From the NCBI GenBank assembly GCA_028534125.1, contig CM052816.1:64482001-64546000 (forward strand): DNA of 64,000 bases, written 5' to 3'. The first letter of the stretch is position 1; the number at the start of each line of letters is the position of its first letter. Under the pieces are notes generated by a model. That model worked only from the letters and a program-made list of their open reading frames with translations. It searched no databases and was not told the origin of the DNA. Of this stretch, positions 1-12,410 are shown piece after piece. The stretch comes from Lama glama. Taxonomy: Eukaryota. Made by a program: the position numbers and the translations under genes.

Positions 1-140
1 GCATGACCTTTAATCTGAGTTTGGACTGGTGGAGCCAAGAGTTCCTTGTTGCTCTCTTCATCAAGGAGTTTTTCTTCTTCATAAATATCTTTGCTTTTCA
101 TTTTAATTTCTTCTCTATATTTTACATTTTTTAGTATTTC
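1..140 (-). CDS. NDUFAF2: NDUFAF2 exon 4, 5' part (runs off the window): EILKNVKYREEIKMKSKDIYEEEKLLDEESNKELLAPPVQTQIKGH(A)
   Basis: Minus strand: acceptor ttcttccatttatatatgcatgcag|GAAATACTA, with a CTAAC branch-point match at 181-185. 46 open codons matching the recalled NDUFAF2 C-terminal region. Confidence 0.96.
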
Positions 141-856
141 CTGCATGCATATATAAATGGAAGAAATCATTAAATTTCCAGTTAGAAGAAAACCCAAACG
201 ACAGGTTTTATAAAAATAAAATAGCTAGTAAGAAATAAAGTACATATGTACATGTTACTTGCTTTGTATTTAAATAATAGATAAATGCAGAGTAAATCTG
301 AAAAAACTATCTGATATATTAGTGTTACTTGGATTACACAACTCTGTCCTTGTATACTATAATAAAAAGATGGGAAGGATCACAAAATAGAAATATTTAC
401 TACCCAGTAAGTGAAACAAACCACTTAACATGAAATATTACACAATAGCATAACAGTCACTCTTATCAAAGATTTTCTAAATTTAACAGCTATTTTCCGT
501 CTCAAAAACTAACCAGTGATTGTACTTTCTGCAGAGGATGAAGCAAAGGTGAGATGGATGGCCTCAGAAAGATGCCCCTACCACCAGTCTTCTTTTCTCT
601 GTGGGACTTAAAAGCATGGATGCTAAGGCCACCCTCTGTAGTGCCAGGACCAAGTCTCATCTATTTTCCTTTCTCCTCTGGAGTGATATGGCAGTGAAGA
701 GGACAGGAATGGAGTCAGAGTTCAGCATGCCCTAGACACCAGTTCCAGAGAGAAGCTTTGCTATTGGAAATGCTTCCTCAAATCAGTGCAAGCCATTTGT
801 GCAACACGGTTCTGTCACTCAGGTTTGCTATACCCCAAACAACAATGTATCTATTA

Positions 857-1010
857 CTGTATTTCACTGAATGCAAGACCATCAGATTTAAGATGCTAAA
901 TCATTGATAAATGTTATCACTAAAAAAGGCAATTAAACTCCTTCACATACCCTGATTTCAGAAATGTTAAAATCTGAAAGATAGGCATCTTAAAAACAGA
1001 TGAAATATAG
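857..1010. mobile_element. MER104-like Tc2/mariner MITE
   Basis: TIRs ctgtatttca...tgaaatatag flanked by TA; interior resembles the recalled MER104 consensus. Confidence 0.75.
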
Positions 1011-2749
1011 TAATTATTTCTTTTATCTTTATTGATTCCTTCTTCCTCTTCTATCTTAAAAATGATTATTTCCAAATGGGTGACATTTTAAAATGTTCAT
1101 TTTGCTTATCTATATTTTCTGATTTTTCTTTAAGAATATATGTTACTTATAATATGAATGTTAATATAATTAATATGACAACATTGAGAAGTTCTCCCAA
1201 GTTACTTTTCAATTTCAATACTTAAGAAAATGACATATCTGAATATCCAAACGCATGATGCAGTCTGTCTCTAACATGAATTTCAAGTAGTAACAGTCCT
1301 TTAAAAAGGTAAGCACTGATATTTAAAATCACACTTAAAATAACGGTTTGTACTTATAGGAAAAGATCTGGGAAGGTTATAGAGTTACAGACTTTCAGTT
1401 TTAGATACAAAGGGCCCATCTAATGAAACTTAACCCTGCCCCAAAGCTAATATGTGAGGGAAAGAATATTTATAAATATTATTCTTGTAATTTCCACAAC
1501 ATAGATCAATTCCCCATGAGTGGTTGAATACCACAATAACTTAGGTTAGGGACAGCTGCTATGAGTGAGGGTGAGAGAAGTCAGGATTTGCCTTTCAGAC
1601 GCTCTGTAGAATTCTCAGGTGAGGTGACTATATATATCACAAAGGAAATCCCTCAATATGATACTGGAAATAATGGAAGTAGATGGAAGTATTTTTCAGT
1701 CTGAGGACATCTCTTCACTTCATCTCCATACTCTTCAAGACCCTCTGCAAAATGCTGTGTCTGCATGGAATCTCTTTCTCCTGAGCAGAATGAATGGTTC
1801 AGGACTGGGTTGAGCTTGCACTGGGAGCCCACCAAAGGTAGCAAAGCGCTACTGGGAAGCTGGTATGCAGCTTGGCTGGCTCTGGTATCAAGAGCATCAG
1901 TCATGTCGCCTTTATGGATTTCAGCTCTACTGCTGCGGTCTTACAGCTGGTGCGAGCCTATGCCGTCTGCATAAAAGGAAACTAAGAGCAGAGAGCTGTT
2001 CCGTCTTTTTTTCCTGCCTTCACATAATTTCTCTTTACTCATCATTACTCTGTTAGTTTCTTTCTTATAACAGCTATTTAGGCAAATGAAAAGCCAATCT
2101 GAAATATGTTAATTATATTAACATGAAGATGAAAGATTTCAGAGTTGAAAAAAATGGACTATAGTTTTTCTAGGAAATAAATTTTTTTTGTCTTTAAAAA
2201 AAAAAAAAAAAACAACTAATGGTTACCAGACCCCTGCTAACAGCTTCCAGGAAAATTAAACAGAACATAAATCATTTTTGAAAGGAAATCTAGTTTTGTA
2301 AATATTTGGAATAGATAAAATGAAAAGTAGTTAGGTGAATAAAAAGGAATTTGTAGACTTGAAGATAAACACAAATAATTTTGTAACAAAGCCTATCTTA
2401 TAGCAGAAATTACTATAAAGCAAGCATTTTTCCTTACATTATTTCCTTGGAACAATATCACCTTGTCTCACTGTTTATCAATAAAAACAGTATGTTTGTT
2501 TCAGTGTTTGTATAGGGATAAAGCAAAAGTAAGTAGGTCTTCATATAAATGTTTATATGTTTGAAACAAATATTTATCCTTTTACATACTGCTTTTCTCC
2601 CTGTCAGTGTTCAACATTAAAAAAAATAGTTGGATGGTATTTTATCATTTGCAATATACCATGACTTCCTAAATGACTACCCCTACTATTGTTTCCAATA
2701 TTTCACTTTTTCATTAAAGAAAAAACAGCAGTCTGATGACTATCCAAAT

Positions 2750-2885
2750 AGACGGTTCTTTGACCCAAACACAAATAGTTTCAATCCCAAATCTACCTTT
2801 TACCAGCAGTGGCACCAAAAAAGTCACTTAACCTTTTTTCAGTCTCAGTTCCTTTATCTGGAAATGGGAATACAGTGACTACGTA
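2750..2885 (+). mobile_element. MIR SINE fragment
   Basis: Core motif aagtcacttaacc...tctcagttcctttatctggaaatggg. Confidence 0.7.
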
Positions 2886-2947
2886 TGTATAAACACTTAC
2901 ACCTCCCTCATATGTATGCTGTTTACATTGTTAGGTCTTCTGAAAGT

Positions 2948-3125
2948 CTGTGGTTAAAAATATGGACTTTGAAGCAAGACTAACTGCATACAAATCTCAG
3001 TTCTGCCATTTACTATCTGTGTGACCCTGTTAATGTTGCTTATACTCCCTGTGTCTCAGTTTCCTCATGTGTAAAATGGAGATTACAATCTTACTGTCTT
3101 CTTCAATGGGTTGTTGTAAGGACTG
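2948..3125 (+). mobile_element. MIR SINE
   Basis: gtggttaaaa...ctgtgtgacc...ctcagtttcctcatgtgtaaaatggag...gggttgttgtaagga. Confidence 0.85.
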
Positions 3126-3539
3126 GGAAAGAACTGGCTACCGGGCAGTGATAGTACAACAGAAGAGAGTACAGCTGAATTTTTAAATAGTGACTGTTTA
3201 TTTTACTCCACTGAAAATAAACACACTAAACTTTCTCATCACAGGGTAGAAATACAATCTCAATGCTTATACTTTTGTTTAAGTACTTAAAATTTTAACC
3301 CACTAATTTGTGACATACATTAAATAACTATTTGTTGTGAAAATTTTGTAAATAGCAGAATCCCCACATCAGTTGCTATCTTTATGAAGAATGAACAAAT
3401 TCATAATTTTGCCAGGATGAAAAAAATCTCCAATTTAACATGCTATATAGTCTCCAACAAAAGCAGCAACCATTACCACTGGGTTGAGAACAGAGGTTTT
3501 AGTAAGACATAATCTACTGGCTTGAAAACAAAATAGAGT

Positions 3540-5337
3540 AACTGGTGCCAGACTAGTACTTCTGTCATAAACAACCAGAAAACTGGACAAAAAACAAAAA
3601 ACAAAAACCTGAACTTTTCAGATACTAAACAATAGTGATTGCAGTACTGTGATCCCTGAGAGAAGGGGTAAAAATGACATAAGCCCTGTAACACCTCAGC
3701 TTCCTGGAGGCATATTATGCTTCAGAGGATAGGGGAATCCAAGAAGAGGCTGGCGATCTTGTTGAGCTAAAGACATAGAGATGGTTAGGCAGGATGAGGA
3801 AGCTGGAATTTGTGGGGCAAAGTACCAGAAAAAATCTAGATATTTACACACTTGAGTGTTCAGCTGAATGCTAAACAGTATATGAGTAAGGTGAGACTCA
3901 ACAGGGCCAGGAAGGTCAATTTCTGGCTAAAGAATAACTACTGGGGAGCTGTAAACTGAACAATTGCAGCTTGTATGAGACTAGGAGACAGCCAAGTTCT
4001 AATCAGCTGGAGATGCCTCACCAAACCTGCAGGGCTTTCAGTATAAAGACTTCAGAAACATCACTCCTTAGGAGTAAGGATAAATTAGCATGAGAGTAGA
4101 CATAACTTTAGACTTGCACTGTCCAATACAGTAGCCACTAGCCATACGTTGTTTAAATTAAGTAAAACAAAATAAAAAGTTTAGTTCCTTAATTGCACTG
4201 GACACATTTCAAGTGTTTAGTAGCCAAATGTGACTAGTGGCTATCATATTGGAAAATACAGATATAAAACATTTCCATTACTGCAGAAACTCTTATTGAA
4301 CACATTGTTCTAGATCCACCTTAACAAGACTTAAAAATAGGTCTCTAAAAGTTTGAGCTGATTCACATGTAAATTAATATACTCCAGAAGAAAACAACAT
4401 TTTTAAAAAGGAGGACAATGAAACCCAGGCAGTAGACAGTATACTGTTTCAATGTTCATCCAATCAAGAAGTGAAGAAGGAAAGTATTCCAAAACTAGTC
4501 AAAGGAAATAGACCCAAACATGACAGAAATGATGAAAGTAACAGATAAGGACTTTATCACAGCTACCATAAATATGTTCAAAGACTTAAAAGAAAAATAA
4601 ACAGAAAGAGAAAAGAAATAGAAACTATTAAAAAGAACCAAATGGAACTTCTAGAGGTGAAAAATACAATATATGAAAATTTTAAAACATAATGGATATG
4701 CTTAACAGCAGATCAGACACTGCAGAAGAAAAGAATAATGAATTTGAAAACAAGGCAATGGAAACTGTCCAGACTGAAGCACAAGAAAGAGAAAAAAGCT
4801 TAAAAACTGAACTGGAACCTCAGGGAGCTGTGGGACAATATTAAGCAGTCTAATATATGTATATAATGAATCACAAAAAGAAAAGAGAGAGAGAGAAGAA
4901 ATAATGACTAAAAATATTTCAAATAGATAGACATATACACCTACATATCCAAAAAACTAAAAAAAACTCCAAGTAGAATACAAAACCAAAGCACATCAAA
5001 ATCAAATTGCTAAAACCTAATGATAAAGAGAAAATCTTAAAATAAGCTACATAAAGACATTTATATGAGACAAAGATAAGAAATACTATTGATTCTCATC
5101 AGAAATAATGAAAGGTAAAGACAATAGAATGACTTTACTATGCTGAAAGAAAATAAAAACCACAATTTAGACTACTATATCCAATGGAAATATCCTTCAA
5201 AAATAACACTTTCAGGCAAAAAAAGGCACAAGCAAACCTCTATTACAAGAACGTTAAAGGAAGTACTTTAGGCTGAAGGAAAATGATATAGGATGGAAAA
5301 CTTGAATCTACATAAAGGAATCAATAATGCCAGAAAT
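3540..5337 (+). mobile_element. Ancient L1M fragment (5' UTR and degraded ORF1)
   Basis: A-rich plus strand with ORF1-type motifs (aagaaccaaatggaacttctagaggtgaaaaatacaata; gagaaaatcttaaaa; atatccttcaaaaat). No intact frame. Confidence 0.8.
4114..4307. mobile_element. MER3-like hAT-Charlie MITE nested in the L1
   Basis: cactgtccaatacagtagccactagccat...tgtgactagtggcta...; approximate 8-bp TSD ctttagac/ttctagat. Confidence 0.85.
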
Positions 5338-6570
5338 ATCAGAATGAAGAATTTCATTGCAGAGAAAACTGATAGGCTTCGAGACCCTCTGGCTAGGTAC
5401 TTGATGCCCTGGAACTTTATATCCACCCACTCAGCTCCGTCAGCACATGAAGAGCATCATCACGCTGTGCACTGAAACTACTGCTATATATTTTGGGGGT
5501 TATCATGATTGTACCTGAACCAAAAGGACTTCTCAAGCTTTGCAAAGATATCCATTACCACTAAATAGAGGAAAAGTGCAGCCTGAAAGGCAAAGAGGAC
5601 TGTTATGACCATATGCATCCCTCAGATTACTAGCATTACCTCAGAGACAGAGAATGCCTCATTTCCTCCCTACTCCCATCCGACAAAGAGCCTCTGCCCA
5701 CCAAGCCTTCTATGCCTTGTACCATTATTCTGGCCTCCTAGCCTGGGATTTGAAGCAGTAGGTCAACAGTGGCCCTTCTCCATTGAAGCTGAGCCTAGTG
5801 GACAATCAGAAAGTCATGCATGAGGTCAACTCCATTCTGAGAAGGTCACAGCAAAGATTCCCATGGAGTGAAATACTGAAGGGTATAATTCTCAACCAGT
5901 CTCAGAGAAGAAGAGAAAGAAATCATACTGATAACAGAGAAAACACAAGCTGTACCAAAATCTGGTATTTCAGAATTTCCCATAAATAAATTATTTATGA
6001 ATGACTATTGTTCTGTGACAATGTCTCTCATTTCAACAGGGTGTTCTGTCGGAGCAAACTGGCTTAGCCTTGAGTTGTTTATGGAGCCTTGATATTGGGA
6101 AAAGTGAGAAATTCAGTTGTGAAAAGTATTATGTGTTAAATGTTTGAATCTATGTATTTTATTTTTTAATTTAAATTTTAATTATCTTTATTTTTTAAAA
6201 CCTTTATTATGGTATAATCTATTTTCTATGTTGAATTATAAACTACCATTGTTTGTGAAGGGTTACATTGAAAAGGAGATTTGTTTTTTTTAAAAAGGAA
6301 ATGGATGCTGGATGCTGTTAACAAGCTTATCTCTGTTCTTGTAGTATAAACAAGTTAATGGTTATTTACTGTGTATTATTTATTAATTCAGTGATGTGAA
6401 CTCAAGCCCCCAAAAGGTTGTAGCTGAAGACCTTTTCTTCACTAAGAGCCCTGCTTAAGAGACCTTTTTGGTAGTTGCCCTATTGTCCTCAATGCTGCAA
6501 ATTGCTAAGTGTGATAATGACAAAGTGTTTTAAAGTATTTTTTTAACAAATAAAATATAGACAAAAATAA
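5338..6570 (+). pseudogene. Candidate processed retrocopy, parent unidentified (decayed coding-like part, 3'UTR-like part, AATAAA and A-rich end)
   Basis: Abrupt switch out of L1 ORF1 into about 650 bp of balanced-composition, stop-interrupted sequence. About 550 bp of U-rich UTR-like sequence follows, ending in aataaa at 6549 and 6566. Confidence 0.4.
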
Positions 6571-9500
6571 AGCTTGAGAATGCAATCTCCAAACATGTTG
6601 ACTCAAAGACTTTAGGAATGACATAATCCCACTCCAATCATATAGTCCCTTATGCGAAAATCTAGTACACGTGACTTTTCCAAGATGGTAAAGAAATCAG
6701 CTCTAATATACAGTTAACAGCTGCGGTAGGTATTACGTAAGAGAACTGGATACCTGGACTATAAAAAAGAGGTGAGAGAAAATGGCAGAGTAAGACGAGA
6801 GGTCTCTGCGATGATGCCTTGGGGGAGATAAAGGAAACTGAGGCTCTGCAAACTTGAACCTTGGAGTCGCTGTACTCTAGCATCTGAGAGAAGGGAGAGA
6901 TCTAAAGCTGCCCACAGTGCTCTCTGATGACATCATCTTGACTCGAAGAAAGTTTAGATTACTTGACAAGTACTGGAGAAAGAAAAGGGCTGAGAAGTAT
7001 GTGAGTGAGTTAAAAAGGTTACCCAAAGATTCTTCTGTCTCAGGTATCCAAGTCATTCTGCATCTCTGGGGCCACACTTGGACCAGAGGAATTCTGGGCC
7101 TACACTATTAAATGGAATTCAGTATTTAGATACAGATCTAAGCATTCATACAACAACTGTTAGGAATATTATTACACATGTACTTAGTGAACAAGAGAAG
7201 ATAAATACAAATTACCCACCTTAATAATTTAAGATACGTGAAGCGTCACTAGTATTTGTTTAAGTGTACTTATTTGTATGTGCTACATGTGTGTACAAAT
7301 AAGAATGAATAATGGTTTTCATGATATAATTCAGGAGCTCAATCCCCTATCCCTACTTCTCTCTTTAAAGACTCAAGCTAGTCAAGTGAAAATTCTGTCA
7401 AGGAATATTTGAGTAATACACTCTATATGCATTTATATGATGCTGATGGTGTGATATTCAAGTTAAAGATAAAATTCCATGAAATGACTTCAAAATCATT
7501 TGATAATTTTTATACAAATAGACCTGGAAATAAAATAGAGCGAATGGTTAGTCCTTTATTAGGAAATTATAAGGTTTGTTTTAAAAGTGCTATGAACCCA
7601 GCTAGGTAAAAAGGCAGGCAGAATACATTTATATATAACATAATCCATTTCTTCTTTGAGGTTCTGGCTCCACGCTCCTCTGAAGTTTGGTATTTATAAA
7701 TGGTCTCCATTTGGTTTCAAGTACTTGTGAATTCCAAACATACCATATATAACTATGTTCAAACTTAGGTACAAAAGAAATCCCAAGATAAAAAAATATA
7801 TATATACAGTTTAAAGTAAATTCAACAGTGCTTCACTGTTAGAAAGTTTACTATATTCAAGAGCAAGTAAAGACTTAGTAGTCAGTCTTATGGATAATGA
7901 TAAAACTGCCCATGTCACTGAATTTTTTTTTTTCGTCTTCTGTGGGAACAAAACCATGGCCATTTCATAATGATTCAGTTATAACATACAAAAACCAGGA
8001 ACCTAAATTTTTTAAAGTTTTAATTAAAAATTACCAATATATTTCTGGCAAAAGTTTGATGTAAATATATCTTTAAAAGCTACTGGATGTAGATATATAC
8101 TTTTCAAAGGGAACATAAGATAAAGATACAATGAAAGTATTAATCTTAGAACTTTTAGAAAGATCAACTTTCTAAAATATTTAAATTACTAAACATATGC
8201 TCCCCAATCCATACATTTTTCACCTCTCACTAGACTATGGGCTATACGTGATATAAATATACTTGACTTTGACAGCTCCATTATCTTTCCATAATTTAAA
8301 ATATACATATTAATGAAGAATTTTCATTTTAATGAGTATTAAAAATTTTAAAGTATGAATACATTGCCTTTAAGTCTGTTTAAGAAAACACATTTTAAAG
8401 AATACAAAAAGATTTAGTAAACAGATTATAAGTGAAGACTTGGCATAAAGTATGGTACAGGTTCTCAAACCGTAAAGACATTTAGTTATTGTAAAATACT
8501 CTCATCCGGAAAGTGTATGCCACACACTCCACCCCACAATCAACATAATTATAATAGGAATTTGGTTTATAACTGTTTCAAAATGTTCTAAGATGAATAT
8601 TCTTCTTACAGTGTCAATTTTGTGACATACCAAGAAATGATATAGGCTGAGCAAAAGCAGTAGTAATGCCTAAGCTTGAAACTATTGCCAAATTGTTTAA
8701 TTAAACTACATTTTTCTAGTTCTACAAGTTGAACTGCCAGGATGAAATAATAAGTTATTAGATCACCCTTTTTCAGTACATGAAAGAGAGTAGAGGAAAA
8801 AAAGGGAGTAGGTGCATAGGTCACCAAAAGGTACTCTGTGTTCAGAGCAGAGGTAATGCCTGCTAGAGTAGTAATCAAAAATGAACTTAATCTTGCCTGG
8901 ATGGGAGTAGAAGCCCAAAGGGTAAATAAATGACAGAACTTAGGTTAGGTTAGTATGTTAGCACTAGGTTGCTAAGAAGTCTATTAGGATGAAACAACAA
9001 CCAAGTAAATTCTGTTAACAGAAGCTGCTCCTGCTATGTGTTCTTGCCAATCACTAGTGTGCCTCTGCCAAATCAATGTCACATTTAATTTATTCACAGT
9101 CCAATCTACTGCAAACAGACTTTGATCAATTACAATAATGAAAATGTAGACTGAGTTTTGTTGTTTTGACATGCTTTCTTGAACTTTTCTTCTGCATTTT
9201 TTCAAAACATTTCTAATTGCAAGAAGTTGATCTCAATGGTTTTTGTTATTTGAGGGAACAATTGTAAGGTTTGTTTATATTCCTTACTGGCTAAGAATTT
9301 CTGGCATTGAGTTTTCTTTCTTTGAACTTGAGCCAGATTAATTATTAAATCTCAAAATGTCACTAAAATGAACTAATCACAGAGCTCAAGTCATTAATAG
9401 TTTTGCAGGTGGTATTTCTGTTAATAAAATAAATGAACTTCCATATGTATGAAAAAAAGACCTTTGAGCATAAAGACACAATGATTTAATCGAAAAAGGA

Positions 9501-10007
9501 ATTTAGCAGTTAAACATTAATAAAAAAATAATTAGAGTCATTTAATATTAGTCCTATTTAATTGAACTGCCCTGGTGGGAGACAAAGAAAACCTTGCTCC
9601 CTTGTGTGAGAAGGGGGAAGATCATAATCCCTGGAAGAGAAGGTAATGTCAGATCCCCATGGCTTTCCAGGCTGGGCTCCGAAAGTGGGAAAGAAAGAGC
9701 AGAGGCTAGAGCCCTGGAGGAAAGAGGAGACTCCATCTGTGAATGGTTGCTAACATTTATTGAGCTGTATGTGCCAGCTGCTGTTGGGAGAAAAGAGTTC
9801 TTCTCCCTAAGGTTGAGCGAGGGACGTAGACGAGTTAGGCAAGAAGAGGTAAGACACAGCGTTAGAGAAGCTGCAGCTCCAGCTTCACAGAGAATGCCCT
9901 AGAGATTCAAATATGTTGTGGCTGGAGGTTTCCCTCCCAGGACCTGATGAAGGAATCCTGTCCCCCAGTGCAGGGGACAGCAGGACCTGGAGCCCTGCAA
10001 GGTATAC

Positions 10008-11310
10008 TCATTCATTCATTCACTCACATATTTTCATTCAATAAATATATACTGAGCACTCACAATTCAAGGCCCTGGGGATACAGAGAACAAACCTCGA
10101 TCTGACTCTTCTGGAGCTTCTTTGGCGGTAAAGAGGAGGACAGGCAAAGACTGCAGCATAGACTTGTCCAGGAGTCAAGGCAGGGAAGAGCTGAATTAGC
10201 ACCAATGGCCCAGTATGAGGGTCATACTTACGCGTTCTTTCCTACTTTCTCATCCGCTCATTCACTGGTTTGTTCATACACTGAGAGTCCACTATGTGCC
10301 AGGAATACAGAATTGAAAGATATAATTTCTACCTTGTTCTTAAGGAACCCACAATCTAGGGAAGAGAGGCAGGTAAAAAAATTAAACTACAGTATGATAC
10401 ATTCTGTGATAATATCAAGCAAAGAATGTTATGAGACTGCAGAAGAGGAGCTGGTGTTCCCATTATCATCCACAGGGTAGGGAGTAGGAGGTTAGAAATG
10501 ACTTTTTAGAGAAAGTGATGCTTGAGTCTTAACAATAGGAATTAACCAGAAAACTGAGACGAGGAGGGTATTCTGGAAGAGGTGAGTACCACAGGTATGG
10601 AGAAGTAAAGCAGTACAGCAAATTCAGAATACTGCAAGCAGTTCATATGGCATGCAAAAATCAGAACATGCAACGTCAGGACATTTAGATTTTATCCTGA
10701 AAACCATGGCAGAATATTCTGACATCAAAGCAAGAGTAGGATTTTCAGATAAAAGAGCAGCATCCTCAAGCATACTTCAAGCATACTTGAATTTTAGACA
10801 AACCAAAAATAATTTTTTTAGTATAAGTATGTCCTAAATATTGCTTACACTTATAATTATCCATTGTTTGTTTGAAATTTAAATTCAATTAGGTGCCTTG
10901 TATTTTTATTTGTAAAATCTGGCAATCATAGCAGGAGACTTATGTGTTTATACCACATTAAAAAATGACTCCAGGAGCTGCAGAGTAGCCTCTCTGACAC
11001 TGAATTGGAAGGAGGTGAGACTAGAATGAAGAAATCAGTTAGGATGCTACTGCTGAAATGCAAGTGAGAAGTCATTAGGGCAGGAACCAAGACAAAAGTA
11101 GTGAAGTGAGATGGAGAGACAAAGATAGACTATTAAGATATTCAAAAACAGAAAGGTCTTGATCACCAAGTATGTGGAGGTGAAGGAGACCAGGAGAATC
11201 CCCAAGTTTCTGGTGAATTATGATGGATAATGCCATTAACCATGGTAGTAAATAGAGAAAAAGAGGAGTTCTGGTTTAGAGGTACCAAATTTGAGATGTC
11301 TATAAAATAC
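10008..11310 (-). mobile_element. L2 fragments (antisense)
   Basis: L2 3' signature cattcattcattc...tactgagcac; ctatgtgccagg; aatttgagatgtctataaaatacccaagt. Confidence 0.75.
10737..10930. mobile_element. MER53 palindromic hAT MITE nested in L2
   Basis: taggattttcagataaaa...tttttagtataagtatgtcc...aaatctggcaatcata; approximate TSD gcaagag/gcaggag. Confidence 0.85.
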
Positions 11311-11324
11311 CCAAGTATCTTCTG

Positions 11325-12260
11325 TTAGCTCCTTCTCAGCTAAACCTCTGAATACTGGAGTGCTTCCGGACACGATTCTAGGCCTTCTTTGTCTTTACTC
11401 TCTCCTGAGATAATCATTTCCATATATGCTGAAGAATCTCAGATTTGTATTTTCAGGTCTGACCTCTCTCCAAGCTCCAGAATCATATAGCACTATCTAA
11501 ATGATGTCTCCACTTGGATGTCTAATGGGTGTTTTAAATTAAATATACCCAAGATCGATGAAGCCCAGAGGACTAGCTCAAGGTCACACAGTTAGCCTAG
11601 ACTTGAAACCAAAGCTTCTGCCTCCACTGTGTTCATTCCACTACTCATTACTGCCTTGGCAGAGTTCTCAGCAAGCCCCACACAGTGCTCAGCATACAGC
11701 AGGGCTCAGTATAGTACGGCCTGACTACATTGTTCCCCTGACACCTGGCAGCTTTGCTTTGTTTCAGACTGCCTCACCCGACTCCTTTTCTTTACATGTT
11801 AAGATCCAGACAAGCTCCAAGGCAACACCACACTACATACACAGGGAGGGGCCATCCTGCTAATTGGCAGCCCTGCAAGTCAACTACCATACTCTCAAAG
11901 AAGCCTCTCTGACATGTCAAAGGCAAACCAGTGAGCAGGATCTGGGGAGGAGGAAGAGGATACTAGAATGTCCTCATGGTAGGAAGCAGCTCTTCAGCCA
12001 GAAGCAGCTAAATCAGCCTCCCTTACACAACTGTGTACATTTATTAAAACTATTCCTATTTTTCCTGTACTCCTTGACAACCACCTAGAACTAAATCTTA
12101 TCAATCCTTCCTCCAAAATGTATCTTGAATTGTTCAGTTCTTTCCATCTTTCTTGCTATTGGCATTTCTTGCCAAGACTACAATCGCTTCCTAATAGGTC
12201 TCCTTGGTCCTCTATGACCTAATGTCCACACAGTAACCCCTGACCTTTTCTGCCACTTCC
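11325..12260 (+). mobile_element. L2 fragments (sense), interrupted by a MIR fragment at about 11555-11650
   Basis: gacctctctccaagctccagaatcatat...tctccacttggatgtctaat; cttcctaataggtctcc. Confidence 0.65.
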
Positions 12261-12319
12261 CTGCCACTTCCCACTAACAATTCTTTAATGAGTCTTTAGA
12301 ACAAAACCTGAACTTGCCC

Positions 12320-12410
12320 ATGGCAGACATGGAGATACTCTGATCAGTTTCCCCTTCAAGAAAGGACTTGCTTCCCAAGTGCAGAAAGTGTGGTGGGCAG
12401 ACAGCCTCCA
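12320..12410 (+). mobile_element. ERVL LTR 5' fragment (LTR33-like)
   Basis: ggcagacatggagata...ccccttcaagaaaggacttgct...gacagcctcc resembles the recalled LTR33 start. Confidence 0.6.

Noticed and set aside
1653..1904. 83-aa minus-strand ORF as a separate gene or NDUFAF2 coding exon
   Set aside because: No recognisable homology, and splicing from exon 3 to the nearby acceptor hits a stop after two codons.
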